Shown: positions 40,519 to 54,108 of the stretch, piece after piece
Layout of the letters: each line of letters opens with the position of its first letter
Position numbering within the stretch: the stretch's first letter is position 1
NCBI GenBank assembly: GCA_025603075.1
Contig: MU626285.1
Span: 94,980 to 158,979, forward strand
DNA: 64,000 bases
Reading direction: 5' to 3'
Origin: Neoconidiobolus thromboides FSU 785
Taxonomy: Eukaryota; Fungi; Entomophthoromycota
Position numbers and translations under genes: made by a program
Notes under the pieces: generated by a model
Databases searched by the model: none
Told to the model about the DNA's origin: nothing
The model's input: the letters and a program-made list of their open reading frames with translations, nothing else

Positions 40519-40617
40519 GGGGATGTATTTTTGTATTTAAGAATTTTACTAACAAATTTTCCACTTAAACAGTACTTAAAAAATGGAAAAAGTAATCAAG
40601 TCAAAAAAAACACTCCC
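40519..40617 (+). mobile_element. MITE copy
   Basis: ATGT-GGGG...TCCC-ATGT, 99 bp. Confidence 0.9.
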
Positions 40618-41006
40618 ATGTGTTAAAATATTATACCTTATTAAACTTATGATATTTATAAATAGCAGATTACATCTGATACAATCAATATTTTAATAAA
40701 TTAAAAATTCAAACTAATTCTAATTTTGGGCATTTATTTTAGTTTCTATAACCTTATATAAACTTTAATAAGTTTATGATATTTTTAAATTTAAAACTCG
40801 ATGGTTTATATCAATTATCGTGTTAATACTCGTACTTTGTATCTGATGAATGAAATATTGGGAACATTTTTAATTATCACTAAATGATTAATTCGTGCAT
40901 CTATCTATAATTAAAATAAATCTAATTTAATACTAAAGAAAATAAAATCAAAATTTCAAAGTTTGTATAAAAAGTCTATAAAATTGATTTATTTCTTAAC
41001 CAAAAT

Positions 41007-42991
41007 CTACCCAAAAATTCTTAACCCATCATTATTTTGTAATTCACCATCTCCTTCTTCCTCCTTATTAATATTATTATTTCTAAATGAAAATAAACTA
41101 GAATATAATTCATCAATCATTTCTGAATGCCATTTTTGTTTTGGTATTGGGACCATAAAAGATTGTAATTTATCATGAACATGAAATCTTAACTTACGTC
41201 CTTTACTTGCTTTTGTGTCTACTATTTTGTTCTTTTGTTTACTTGTTTTTAATGCAGCCCAACGTAATTCTGATAAATTTTGATTATCTAATAATATATA
41301 ATATATAATATATAATAATATAGTATATTTAGTATTAGTATCTAGTATGAATTAATAAATATAATATTTAATAAATTACCATTATCAATCATTCTAGAAT
41401 CAATAAATTCTTTCAATAATTGTTGATAAAAATCACTATCATCAAAAATTTCATTATCCATATCTTCATTTTCCTAAATAAATATTATAAATAAATATTA
41501 TAAATTATTTCATCCTAATTTTATAATAATTAATTAACAAAGTACCTTTTTTTGTTTACCAATAATAGAATAATCATTACGTTGAATATGAATTCGATTT
41601 AATAATCTTTGTGGGTCATTAAATATGGTATTAATTTGAGTTAATATTGATTGATCTAATGCTTTAAATTTTTTATTTCCAATTAATAATCCACCATCAT
41701 TAAATTTAATTTTATTATTCCATTTTTCAATTGTTGTATTGCGATAAGATTCAAATCTAATTAATAATAAATTAGATTAATTATTATTACTAAATAAATG
41801 TATTAATTATTTACTTTGTATTAAATTCATTCAAATCATTCCAAATATCATCTAAATTAACTGTGTCAATATCTCTTTTTAATGAAACACTAGTTTTATC
41901 TTCTTTATTTAAATAGTTCTAAAAATATAAAATATAAAATATTAATAAAAACAATAGCAACATTCACTTACTTTTCTAGTTTCTAATAATTTATAAATTA
42001 GTTGTATTAATTCTTTTTGGTTTTGATCCATTATCTTGTTATTATCTTTGTCTTTCTTTAATTCTTCAATAATCTCTTTATTTTTCTAATATAAATAAAT
42101 ATTAACCCAATTCAATCTATTATCAACTTTTTAATTTACCTGAGGAAGTTGATTAGCTAACAATAAAATCTTTTGATAACGAATCCTTAAATCTAATCCT
42201 GCTTCCCAAATAGACTAAAAAAATTTATAATTATTAATATTTTATTTTACTCAAATCAAAAGAATATTCAAAAAACATTACCATTTGATTTTTGATATAT
42301 TTTCCTTTAACTGCATCACTCACTCTATTATCATTCATTTTTTGTTTTAATTCAGCTTCCTCTTCTTGTGCTTTTTTTAATTCCGCTGTTAACTCTAAAT
42401 CCATTTCTTCATCTTCAACACCTATTTGAGAATCTGTTTCTTCTTCATCCTCCTCTTCAATATCTTCTTCACTATCTTCTTCACTACTATCTTCTTCACT
42501 ACCATCTTCTTCTATACTTTCTTCTTCTTGTCCTAACTCTATATCACTTCTTTCTTCTTCACTTCCACTTTCTATTTCTTCTTCATCCTCTTCATCCTCT
42601 TCTTCATTATCCTCTTCCTCTTCGGTTTCAGAACCAAATATTTCAGCCCTTGACTTAGCTTTACCTTTATATTTTGGGTTATCTGTTGGTAATTCTAAAT
42701 CATTTCTTAACTTGCTTATACTAAATAAACAAAATCAAACATTTAGTATATTATTAAATTAAAAATAACACTCAAAGTATTCTATTTAGTTAACTCAATT
42801 AAATTTAGACTTACCCAACTTCAATATAATGTTCTCTTGCTAATTCTTCATTTTCTTCTTCATTCTCAGAATCTGAATTTTGTTTTTCAGAAAATAGATA
42901 GTTTTCGGGATCAAGATCTAAAAAAATTAAGAGATTAGTTAACTCATATAAGAAGATGAAGGGAAGAATAAATCAACTTACCCTTAGGCAT
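41007..42991 (-). CDS. BFR2: Bfr2/AATF small-subunit processome factor, multi-exon
   Basis: SIWEAGLDLRIR, long acidic tract, EIFDDSDFYQQLLKEFIDSRM, VDTKASKGRKLRFHVHDKLQSFMVP. Confidence 0.9.
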
Positions 42992-43390
42992 AGTACTAGA
43001 AGTTAAATGTTTTAATTTATTTTTTAGACTGAGTGGTAGATTCGAGTTTTTTTTCGACATTTTGTTGAGTGTTGAGTTTTGAGAAATTGAACAATAAAAA
43101 ATATCAAAAAAAGAAATTGAAAATTTAATAAATTTCTATTTTTTAGGTGGAAATTTTTAACAATAATAAAATTTTAATTCAATACAAAATTTTGAATATT
43201 TAGATAACAATATACAACTAACAAATAAACAATAACCTAATAATTCAATCTTAACAATTCAATAAAAACAACAGGTTAAATTGAATTTAATTCTATACTT
43301 CTGTTTATTTCTAAAAAAAGTAGCAGCTAATAATCTTAAATGTTTATTTTATTTTAACAAAAGAATTAAATGTTATTCCCAACCTTCTAT

Positions 43391-43712
43391 CTATTGTTGG
43401 GTAAGAAGTAAACCTAATCTCTTCTTAAAGAGTACACGATGTCTACTAAATTTATCATCTGGGGAGAAACGAGCTATAAAAAATAAAAATGATGAATATT
43501 TTTAAAATCCCAATAACTGTTAAAAATAAATAGAACTTACCAGGATGAGCAGATTTAGTAGGTTGACCGTTTGGGGCTTTTTTCTATTATTTAAAAAAAT
43601 ACATTTAATACTCATTTCCAAAAACTTCAATTAATCAAAAATATCAAAAATTACTTACTTTAAGAGTATATACTCTTTTACCCTCATCATTAAGATAGTA
43701 CATTAAATACAT
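43391..43712 (-). CDS. NOP10: H/ACA snoRNP subunit Nop10, three exons
   Basis: [55 protein letters not shown]. Confidence 0.95.
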
Positions 43713-43994
43713 TATATATATTTGTTTTAATTAAAAAAAATTTCAGCTATCGATTTTTGATTTTTTAACAAAAACTAATTTTTAGATTTGAATTTTTTTA
43801 ACCAAAATAAGCAATTTTGAAAAAGAAGAGTTGGAATTGAGAAGATTTATTATGGGATAAAATAAAATGTAATTTGAACTCAAAAAAATTAAAGTTATGA
43901 TCTCAAAATAAAAAATAAAAGTATAATTTTAAATAAAAATAATTATTTATTATAATATTCATAATAAACAATAAAATAAAATAAAAAAGTGAAA

Positions 43995-46392
43995 TTAAAT
44001 TTGACTGAGTTGATTTAAAAATTGATTAGGAGATAAGATTTCTGTGGAACCATAAATAATAGCTTCCAAATTATTTTGTTTCTAAAATAAAAATAAAAAT
44101 AAAAATAAATATTAATATTAATATATTATTTGTTATTATTAATTTGTTTACCTCTAGAAATAATTTTAAATTTAAGAACTCATTATAACTTCCGCCACCA
44201 ATAACGAATAAAATTACTTGATTAATAGGTTGACTAGAATTGAAGTTCAAATTATTATTGTTAGATTGATTACCAATAATTTTGGATTTTGGATCTAAAT
44301 GAATTAATTCACTAATTGTATTCTGATTGTTATTAGGTAATTCTAAAATATTCTGAACTAATTTTGTAATTGCTAATTCATGTTCAACTGGTAAAAAATT
44401 TTTTACTTTATTGATTAGTTTATCATATGCTCCACCTTTTAACTATTAACATTATTAATTATATTATTATTATTATTATTATTATTTATTACCTGAGAGC
44501 CTAAAAAGTTAAATTTATCTAATAAATCACTTGAATTAGAGGTTAATGTTTTAGCATTACCAGCTGATAATGTAGACATTTTAGATACTTGTTGAATTCT
44601 AAATAATAAATAAAAATAAAAATAAAAATAAAAATAAAACTTACTTTTTAACTGCTTCAAAAGCTTGTAATTCATTATTTTCATTAAACTTTTTTAATTC
44701 ATTTTCTAACAATTGTAAATCCGATTGATTTAAAGTTGGATGAGATAAATAAAAATATAAAAACAATCTTAATTTATCTTCAAATAAAATAGTATCATCT
44801 TGAATTATTGATAGTATTGTTTGTTTATTCTCTTTTAATATACTTTCTTCAATTTGAAATAATTTATCATACTGTCGACTTTCGATTTTTTTAAATAATT
44901 CAGATGCAATATTCATATGATGATCTAATATATTCTTTTTAGCTGTTAATTCAGGTAATGCATTAATAGCTGACTTTAAATGTAATGTATTATTTTTAAA
45001 ATCAAATTCAGGATTAATATTGGTATCTTTACTTAATTTAGTAATTTCATCTGCTTCTTTTCGGTAGTTTTCCAACTCTTCACTGATTTCTTTGGCTATT
45101 TCAGGTAACGGTAAATTACTATTTTTATTCCAAAAGAAGTCTTTATTATCAATATCATATACTTTATAAACTTTTCTGCCTTCTTCTTCAATTTCAAATT
45201 TAATTTGATTTTGTTCAATATTTAATAAATCATGTATTAACGGTTGATAATTCCATGAATGAGAAATCATTGGTATTAAATCCATATTACGATCAATTAT
45301 TATTAATACTAATTAATAAAGATATTATTAATATTAATATTAATATTAATATGAATATGATATTATAATATTATATGCTATTAAAATAATTACCTGGTCT
45401 GTTTTTTGAATTAGAATCAAATAAAGTATCATTATTTAAAATTGAAGATGATGGAGCTCTTAATAAATCCCTTAGTTTACCATCCAGTTTCTTAGCTACC
45501 ATTTCAGCTGCATTACCTTTAGTAGCTTTAATAATAGGAATCTGATTTTTAGTCACTAAAATCGATAATAAGCCTAAACTGATTTCATTGATACAATTTT
45601 CAATTTTAATATCTTCCGTTTTTATATTATTTAAAATTGAATAACTACTCTTAATATTTAAACTAAATAAGTTAGACGAATAACATTGATAATTTAAATA
45701 TTGATCATAAACCTAAATAAATATTAATAAGTACATTATTATTCATAATTAATATTATAGTTGTTTTTTACTTGATGAATCTGTTCACTAACACCTAATT
45801 TAACTGCTGATTCTGCTAAATATTCTAATAATGGTCGTGGTAATGTAGATGAAAAATTAATATAATAAGAATCATATAAACTATTGCTTAAATCCTAAAA
45901 AACAAATTAAAACTTTAAATTTAAAAAACAAAAGTTCTTCCTACCTCCAACAATCTTTCAATATTCTCTTTATTAGGTGATAAAAAATAAATAGCTGGTA
46001 CATCTTTAATAGGCATTCGTTTACTATTTAATGGTCTAAAAATAAAGTTATCCATTTCATCAATAACCATTTAATTTTGTTAAAAAAATTCACTTACAGA
46101 TGCAATGTAATTCCTTGTTCTCTTAAGTCATTAACTTTTAATAATAATGCCACTGATTTACTGGTTTCTTCATCAAAGATTAACACTTTCCATTGGGAAT
46201 ATTCTTCTCTTTTATTATAACTTGGACTTAATAAACTTGTCTTTGATTCTTTATTTACTTGATTATAATTTAACATCTTAATGATGCTATCTAAAATAAA
46301 TAGAGTTAATGAATCGTTTGTGGATAATTGAATTTAGAATTACTCGTTTGTAAATCTCTTAAACTTTTATTTTTGGTTTGTAAGGTTGTCAT
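43995..46392 (-). CDS. SLY1: Sec1/Munc18-family protein Sly1, multi-exon (start approximate)
   Basis: WKVLIFDEE...LLKVNDLREQGITLHL, YYINFSSTLPRPLLE, MDLIPMISHSWNYQPLIHDLL, YGSTEILSP. Confidence 0.9.
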
Positions 46393-46666
46393 TGTTATAT
46401 GTATTTTTTTAAAAAGTGGATTTGAAATTTCTAATTTTTTTTAATAATCTTGAATTTCCACTCTAATTGGAATGATTGGTTAGATATAAAAGGTGTCTTT
46501 ATGAAATAATATTAGCAAAATTTCAACTAAAAAATAAACATAAAGCAAAAATAAAAATAAAAATAAAAATGAAAATAAAAAATAGCTTCAATCTATATAA
46601 ATATATTAAAAAACTAATAAAACATAAAGATATCCTCCTTCTATTGTCTCTATTTTTGTACTTTCT

Positions 46667-47379
46667 CTATGAATTAATGGAATATTTATACCTAAAAAAT
46701 TAAAACTTAATTGGCTTTCTTTTTTTATAATAATTCAAGTAAAAAAACATACCCACACTTAACGCAATTATAAAATACGGTTTGACCTTCATCAGCGGAT
46801 CTCAATTGCATAGTATGAAAGGACATCTCCGGAGCTTGACATTTAGGACATTTTTCTTTAATCTAAAAAATAAAAATTAATAAATAATACTTCTTTTTAA
46901 AAGATAAAATAATAAAAGAAATTTTTTTGATGTTATCTATTCTTATTAAATATGAACACTGTTTTTATTATTATTATTTTCTATATAAAAAAACACAAAC
47001 TTACCGTAGCAGCTTCTTCTTTAACAGCAGCTGAGTTTTGTACCAAATCTCGTTTACTACGTAAACTCGATTCAAATGTACCAGCTTGACTTTTAGAACT
47101 CACCTTGATTTCACTTACTTATAGAGTATAAAATAAAATAATTAGTAATGAACTTATTTTTATTTTATGCTTTGAAGATACATAAATGATAAAATATATT
47201 TTTATATTTTTATGAAATGTATAAAAGAGAGGATAATTAAACTTACTTTCAATAGAATAAGTATGATTACAATGATTACATGTGATAATTGGATCACCTA
47301 TAATGGAATCTAATAAGTTTCCACATTGATTACAGAAACTCATACTGCCAATAGTCCTAGGTTGATTGTCATGAGCCAT
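46667..47379 (-). CDS. RPA12: RNA polymerase I subunit A12, multi-exon
   Basis: FCNQCGNLL...CNHC; EKCPKCQAPEMSFHTMQLRSADEGQTVFYNCVKCG. Confidence 0.92.
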
Positions 47380-47815
47380 TTTGAGTTTTAGAAGGATTTT
47401 TAAATTGAAATTAAATTCTAAAAAAATTCCATTTTTGAAAATTGGAATTTGGTAAATAGAAATTGGAATTTAGTTTAAGAAAATAAAAAAATTAAAGTTT
47501 TTGCAAATCAAATAAAAGTGTTAATGAGTTATTTAAAGTTTATAACGAGATGATTTGTTTAATAGTTTAAATTATTAAGTTAAAAATCTCTAATTTAGAT
47601 TTAGTTACTTATATTCTATTATTGTTATCAAATATAAGGGAAATATTATGCATAATACTTTAATCATCCAAAAAAATTCCATCCAATCCAATTTAAAACG
47701 TACCAACCAAGTTCTGCAAAGTAGCTTTCGAAATGCAAAAAAGGTAGAAAACCAAAATAATCCAAAATAGCAAACACTAATTTTTTATTTAAAAAAGATT
47801 ATAAAACAATAAAAA

Positions 47816-49944
47816 ATGTAATTCAAGATTAATCGGCTATATTTACTATAACTAATTCTTCTTCTAGGGCATCATCAGCAATCCAAAGGATCAATCCCAA
47901 TTCCGAAGTAGCCCGTCAAGGTCAAGCTTTGGCTTTAAATATATCTGCTGCTATGGGACTTAAAGAAGTATTAGAATCCAACTTAGGTCCAAAGGGTACA
48001 ATAAAAATGTAATTTAAATAAAAATCAACTCTACTAAAAGTGAGCAATAAATTAATAATCGATTTTGATAGGTTGGTTGACGGTGCTGGTGCTATTAAAA
48101 TTACTAAAGATGGTAAAGTACTTTTAAGTGAAATGGTAATTCAAATTTATTTTTATCTTCTATAATTTAAGCTTATTATTAATATTCAATTCTTTTGCAG
48201 CAAATCCAACATCCAACTGCCGCCATGATTGCACGTGCTGCTACAGCTCAAGATGAGATCACTGGGGATGGTACCACTTCGGTTGTATTATTAGTAGGAG
48301 AACTTTTAAAACAGGCTGAACGATATATATTGGAAGGTTTACATCCAAGAGTAGTAACTGAAGGTTTTGATTTAGCTAAAAAAGAAGCATTAAAAGTAAG
48401 TTATTATTTTTTAAACTAACAATTAAATGGAATTTTTTAAATTAATAAACTATTTTTAGTTTTTAGATGGTTTTCAAGTACAAAAAAGTATTGATAGAGA
48501 AATCTTAATTTCAGTAGCACGTACTGCTTTACGTACTAAAGTCAATGAAACTTTAGCTGATACTTTAACTGAAGCAGTGGTGGATGCAGTGCTTGCTATT
48601 CATCAAGAAAATTTACCTATTGATCTTCATATGGTAGAAATTCAAAAAATGCAACATAAAAGTGCCAAAGAAACAAGATTAGTTCGCGGATTAGTATTAG
48701 ATCATGGTGCTCGTCATCCTGATATGCCTAAAAAAGTTAAAGATGCTTTTGTTCTAACTTTAAATGTATCATTGGAATATGAGAAAACGTAAGTTTTTTT
48801 TTGATAAAATGTTTTTAAGTAATCGACTTATTTTTTTTATAGTGAAGTTAACTCTGGATTCTTTTATAGTTCAGCTGAACAAAGAGAAAAGCTAGTTGAA
48901 TCAGAAAGAAGATTTGTAGATGAAAGATTACGCAAAATTGTGGAATTAAAACATCTTGTTTGTGGAAATAGTAATAAAGGCTTTGTTATTGTTAATCAAA
49001 AGGGTATCGACCCATTGTCTTTGGACATTTTAGCTAAAAATGGTATCTTAGCTCTTCGTAGAGCTAAACGTCGTAATATGGAAAGGTAGTATCAATTTTA
49101 GCCAACCTTTTTTACAATAATTTATTTCTTTATTAGACTTCAATTAGTTTGTGGTGGTACTGCTCAAAATTCAGTTGATGATTTAGAACCTAGTGTCCTT
49201 GGTTATGCTGGTAATATTTATGAACATGTGATTGGTGAAGAAAAATACACTTTTATTGAAGAAGCACAGAATCCAAAATCTGTCACTATTTTAATTACTG
49301 GTAATTATATCAATTTATGATAATAATCTAGAACCATTAATATTTTATTTTAGGTCCAAATGGATATACCATTAATCAAATTAATGATGCTGTAAGAGAT
49401 GGACTTCGTGCAGTTAAAAATGCAGTTGAAGATAAATCGGTTGTTCCAGGAGCTGGTGCTTTTCAAGTAGCTTGTAGTGAACATTTAATTAAATATAAGA
49501 GTGAAGTTAAAGGAAGAGCTAAAATGGGAGTACAAGCTTATGCCGATGCATTATTAACTATTCCAAAAATATTAGCTAGAAATGCTGGCTTTGATGCTCA
49601 AGATACTATTGTTATGTTACAGGTAAATAATTTATCGTTTTAGTATTAAGCATGGATTTTAACAATGGATGAATTTTCTAGGAAGCTCATTCTGAAGGTC
49701 ATGTTGTTGGTATTGACTTAAAGAGTGGTGAAATTTTAGATCCTGTTACTGAAGGTATTTGGGATAATTATAGAGTTATTCGTCATCAATTACATTCTTG
49801 GTAAATTCATTATACTGATTCAATTTAATTTAATCATTCATTTAATTAATTAGTACTGTTATTGCTAATAATTTATTATTATGTGATGAAATACTTCGTG
49901 CAGGTCGTACTTCTCTTAAGACCCCTCAAGTTGGTGAACAATAA
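47816..49944 (+). CDS. CCT6: Chaperonin CCT/TRiC zeta subunit, multi-exon
   Basis: [37 protein letters not shown]; [25 protein letters not shown]; [16 protein letters not shown]; [10 protein letters not shown]. Confidence 0.95.
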
Positions 49945-50063
49945 TCGATAAAAAAATAATTAGAATCTATTTTTTTAATAAAATATAAAAATAAATGGCC
50001 ATAATAATGATGTATAATATACTTTAAATATTTAATCGTCTATTTTTTATTAAGTTATTAATT

Positions 50064-51588
50064 CTATAATTCTATATGTAATTTTTGTTTATCCGATATA
50101 ATGGATTTTAATTGTCCACAGGCTGCCATAATATCTTAGTAATAAAATATTAGTAATGATGTTTACGATTATAGTAATGAATTTACCATCTCCTCTTGAA
50201 AATCGAATAGTTGTTTTCAAATTTTTATTTAACAAAATATTAGCAAAATTACGTATTGTTGATATATCACTACATTCGAATTTGGAGCCAGGCCATGGAT
50301 TAAATGGGCTGTTTAAGTTAATATTAATGTTAATACTAGTTAAAATAAAATTGACAAATAATAACTAACTTACATTAAATTAACATGTGCTGGTAAATTC
50401 GATAATAAACGAACTAATTGATTAGCTTCACTAATAGAGTCATTGACTCCTTTTAACATTACATATCTTTAAATAAGTAATTAATACAACCTAATTAATA
50501 AATAATAAACTTACTCAAAAGTAATTCTCTTATTATTATTGTTTGATAATTTAACATATTCACTACAAGCATTAAATAACTCTTTAATATTATAAGTTTT
50601 ATTAATTGGTACTAACTCATTTCTTAAATCATCATTGACAGCATGTAATGAAATAGCTAGACCCACTTGTAGATCACTAGCTATTTTTGAGATCATTGGT
50701 GTCACTCCAGATGTAGAGATTATTATTTTATGCTTTGGAAAATTCAAACCAGATGTATCCGTTAAGATTTTAACTGCTTTAAAGACATTTCTATAAATTC
50801 TTTTAGTCAAAAAGTCTTTATTTTAAATTATGAAAATTACCTATAATTATATAATGGTTCACCTAAAAATAAAAAGATAACAATTACTAAAAAACAAAGA
50901 TCATCTACAAAACAACTTACCTTGTCCCATAAAAACGATATTATTAATTTTTCTTTTTTTCAGTTCATTTAATGGAAACTCGTTCATCATTTTAGCTACT
51001 GAAAAATATTGGCCTAAAACTTCACCTGCTGTCAAATTTCTTAACAATTTTTGAGTTCCTGTATGGCAAAATTTACAAGCTAAAGAGCATCCTACTTGAC
51101 TGGATATACATAATGTTTTTCTTTTGTTTTCCGGTATCATCACTGTTTCTATTAAACTTTTTTGGTCAAATGCTAATACTTTTTTGATTGTACCATCGAT
51201 CGAGGTCAATGATTTCTTATTTTTAGATTAGTAAATCATTCTTATTTAGTTAAGCGTATGAATTTACTTTTTCTTCTCCATAATTGATTTCTGTGTTATT
51301 ATCTAATATCTCTCTAAAGTTCTGGGATAAATTACTCATTAAAGATATATCTTGTTTTCCTAAATTCCATTTAAATACCAAAATAAAAACTTTTAAATTA
51401 ATTATTATACCTTTAACATAAATCCAATGCCATAGCTGTTCAATTTGATACTTTTTTAAATTGGGATAAAATTGATTGATACTACCTAACAACTCTCCTT
51501 TAGTTAGGCCTAGTAAGTTAAGTTTCTTTATTGTGTTCATTTTGTTTATTGTAAAATAAATAGGATATTTTTTAAAAGTTAGTTTCAA
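50064..51588 (-). CDS. rlmN: RlmN-type radical-SAM RNA C2-methyltransferase, multi-exon (5' end unresolved)
   Basis: [81 protein letters not shown]. Confidence 0.92.
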
Positions 51589-52828
51589 GTTAGATTAGTC
51601 TTATTTTTTTTGCATTTTAAATCTAAGTTTTTTGGCTAATTTCGATATAGTAAGATTTTATATTAAATATTAGAACTTAAAAGCATCAAAAATTTTTAAA
51701 TAGAATATGCGATTGCATGTTGTCAATATCATATATTGTTTGTAACATGAAACACTATCATATAACTATCTAAATTAAAAACAATAGCTTTCTAACTACT
51801 TTAAGTATACCATTGAAATTTGTTCAGAGTGCAGCATCACATCCGATTTATTATGTATCACTGATTCCTTATTAATTTTGAATACACCACGATATTTCGC
51901 AAGATATAAGTCCTTAGTGTTATTATTAATTAATCCTGGATTGACCTGTTGATACTATTTTAAATTGTTTACCAATATCAAATTATAATCAAAGTCAGTG
52001 TACCATAGCAACATATAATACCTGTTTCTAAATAAAATCTATTTTACATTTCTTATATATTTCTTATTAATTTTTCTATAAATAGAACATATTGAAGTAG
52101 TATACTCATTAATTTTCAAACTAAAAGCATTTAATGAATTCTACTCTAATTTTTTATTTTATCTTAAAAGTTAAACCTAAGTTCGTTAGCCCCATTTCTA
52201 TCACTTATATGTACCTCAACAGTCACTTAGTTAACTAAGAGCATTACAAGCGTTAAATTAAAGCCCAGAAATTTTAACATTTAGTTAAAAAAATAAATGT
52301 TAGCCGCTACAGCTATACTTTTCTTAGTAATTCAAGTACATGTAGCATTTAATCTATATAGTGAAGTTTATCAGTCATCACTTATTAAAGTGACTGACAA
52401 GAATACTAAAAAAAAATACAAATTATAATTTATTGATGACAATAAAATAATCAAGTATCCACATAATCATTTTACTCCAAAAAATGAAGGTCGATTCCCT
52501 ACCAATTTCTAGATTAGCAAACAATCAATCCTATTGGTGATTCCATGGAAGCAGAAGACCCTTAAGATTGCATTACTTACATGTTGGCATGAATAAACTT
52601 TAGTAATAAGATTTTATATTAAAGTAACGAAATAACAATTAAAATTTCATTTTTAGTATTTCATTTTTGATTTCAACGAATAATTTGCCACCACATAAAA
52701 AATTGAATTAATTAAATTGTCATTCCCATAATCCAATTTGGGATTGAACCGAAATTCATAGCAATCAGATGAAGTGTAATCTTAACCTACGATTCAAATT
52801 TTAGCCTTTTTGAATTACATATCTTAAA

Positions 52829-53698
52829 ATGTCTGCTGTTATCAGAGCCCTTAAAGTATTCAATTAAAACATTGCTTTGTTAAATAAAAACTAACCTATT
52901 CTTTTAGCTTACTCGTGGTTACGCTACCGCTGCCAAAACTGTTCAAGTAAAAAAATCACTATTGCTATTTTTCACAAATTAATTAAATCATAAGGTTCCA
53001 CTTTCCCTCCATGGTATTGAAGGACGTTATGCTACTGCCTTATACACCGCAGCTGTTAAAAACAATACCCTTGACGCTGTTGATAGTGATTTAAGCAAAG
53101 TACAATCTCATTTAGAAAAGAGTGCTCAACTTAAAGTAATTCTTGAAGATCCAACCCTTAAATTTGGTGACAAAAAGAAAGTTATTGAAACTCTCCTTGG
53201 CTCTGTCAAAGCTAATACCACCACTAAAAATTTCTTTGATGTTCTTATTGAAAACTCTCGCCTTAGTGAGTCTGATAAAATCATTACCGCTTTCAAATCC
53301 TTGATCTCCGCCCACCGTGGGGAATTACAAATTACTGTTACTAGTGCTCAAGTAAGAATGTTTAATTTCAACCTTTTTTCAATATTAATTATTGATTTTA
53401 GCCCCTTGAAAACGATGTATTAAAACAACTTAAAGATACTTTGACTAAGAGTAAATTAGCTTCTGGTTCAAAAACCATTTCTATCAAAAACCAAGTAAGA
53501 TTAAATTATATATATATAATAAGATGCTAATATCATTAGGTTAAACCAACTATCCTTGGTGGACTTATAGTTGATTTCGGTGACAAGACTATTGATCTTT
53601 CTGTTTCTTCTAAGATTAACAAGCTTACTAAAGCTTTAACTGGTAATATAATATAACTTTATTTATTTAAATTAACTTTATTTCTAGATGCCATTTAA
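52829..53698 (+). CDS. ATP5: Mitochondrial ATP synthase OSCP subunit, multi-exon
   Basis: [17 protein letters not shown]; VLIENSRL; ITVTSAQPL; [26 protein letters not shown]. Confidence 0.95.
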
Positions 53699-54108
53699 AC
53701 AGTTTAATTGAATAAATAAATGGATTTATTAAGTAATCGAAAAAGATTAGTAATAATTTGTTAATTAATAATGTTATATTGACTATAGTTTGTGACTTTT
53801 TGTTTAACAAATTTCATAGTAAGATTACTTGATGTAATGTTCTATATATAAAAAAAGCAGTTGTCTTAATATTGTGATTTAAAAGTATTTGAAATTAAGG
53901 ATATTTAATTCAAAAAGTATTTATTTAAATAGAACTGCTTTCGTCATAGAAATCAGAAAGAATATAGTATAGAAAAGTAATAGATTAACTAAAAAAATAC
54001 ACATAAGTCCTACTATAAAAAATTCTGGGTATTAATCATTATTTATAGATATATATTGTTTTAGAATACTAAGGAACACTCACATAACAATTGGCCACTA
54101 ATATTTAT

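Noticed and set aside
44080-45370. (TAAAAA)n and (ATATTA)n tracts in SLY1 introns and AAT runs
   Set aside because: Ordinary microsatellite slippage in AT-rich introns.
41007-51588. Clustering of ribosome-biogenesis genes (BFR2, NOP10, RPA12, RlmN)
   Set aside because: Interspersed with unrelated SLY1 and CCT6, and no shared upstream motif was recognisable; compatible with chance.
52730-52800. 71-nt cloverleaf-like sequence on the minus strand with GGTTCAATCCC, just upstream of ATP5
   Set aside because: 9-nt anticodon loop, 1-nt variable region, several wobble or mismatched pairs and no good A box; likely chance pairing in AT-rich DNA. A tRNAscan-SE or ARWEN run would settle it.
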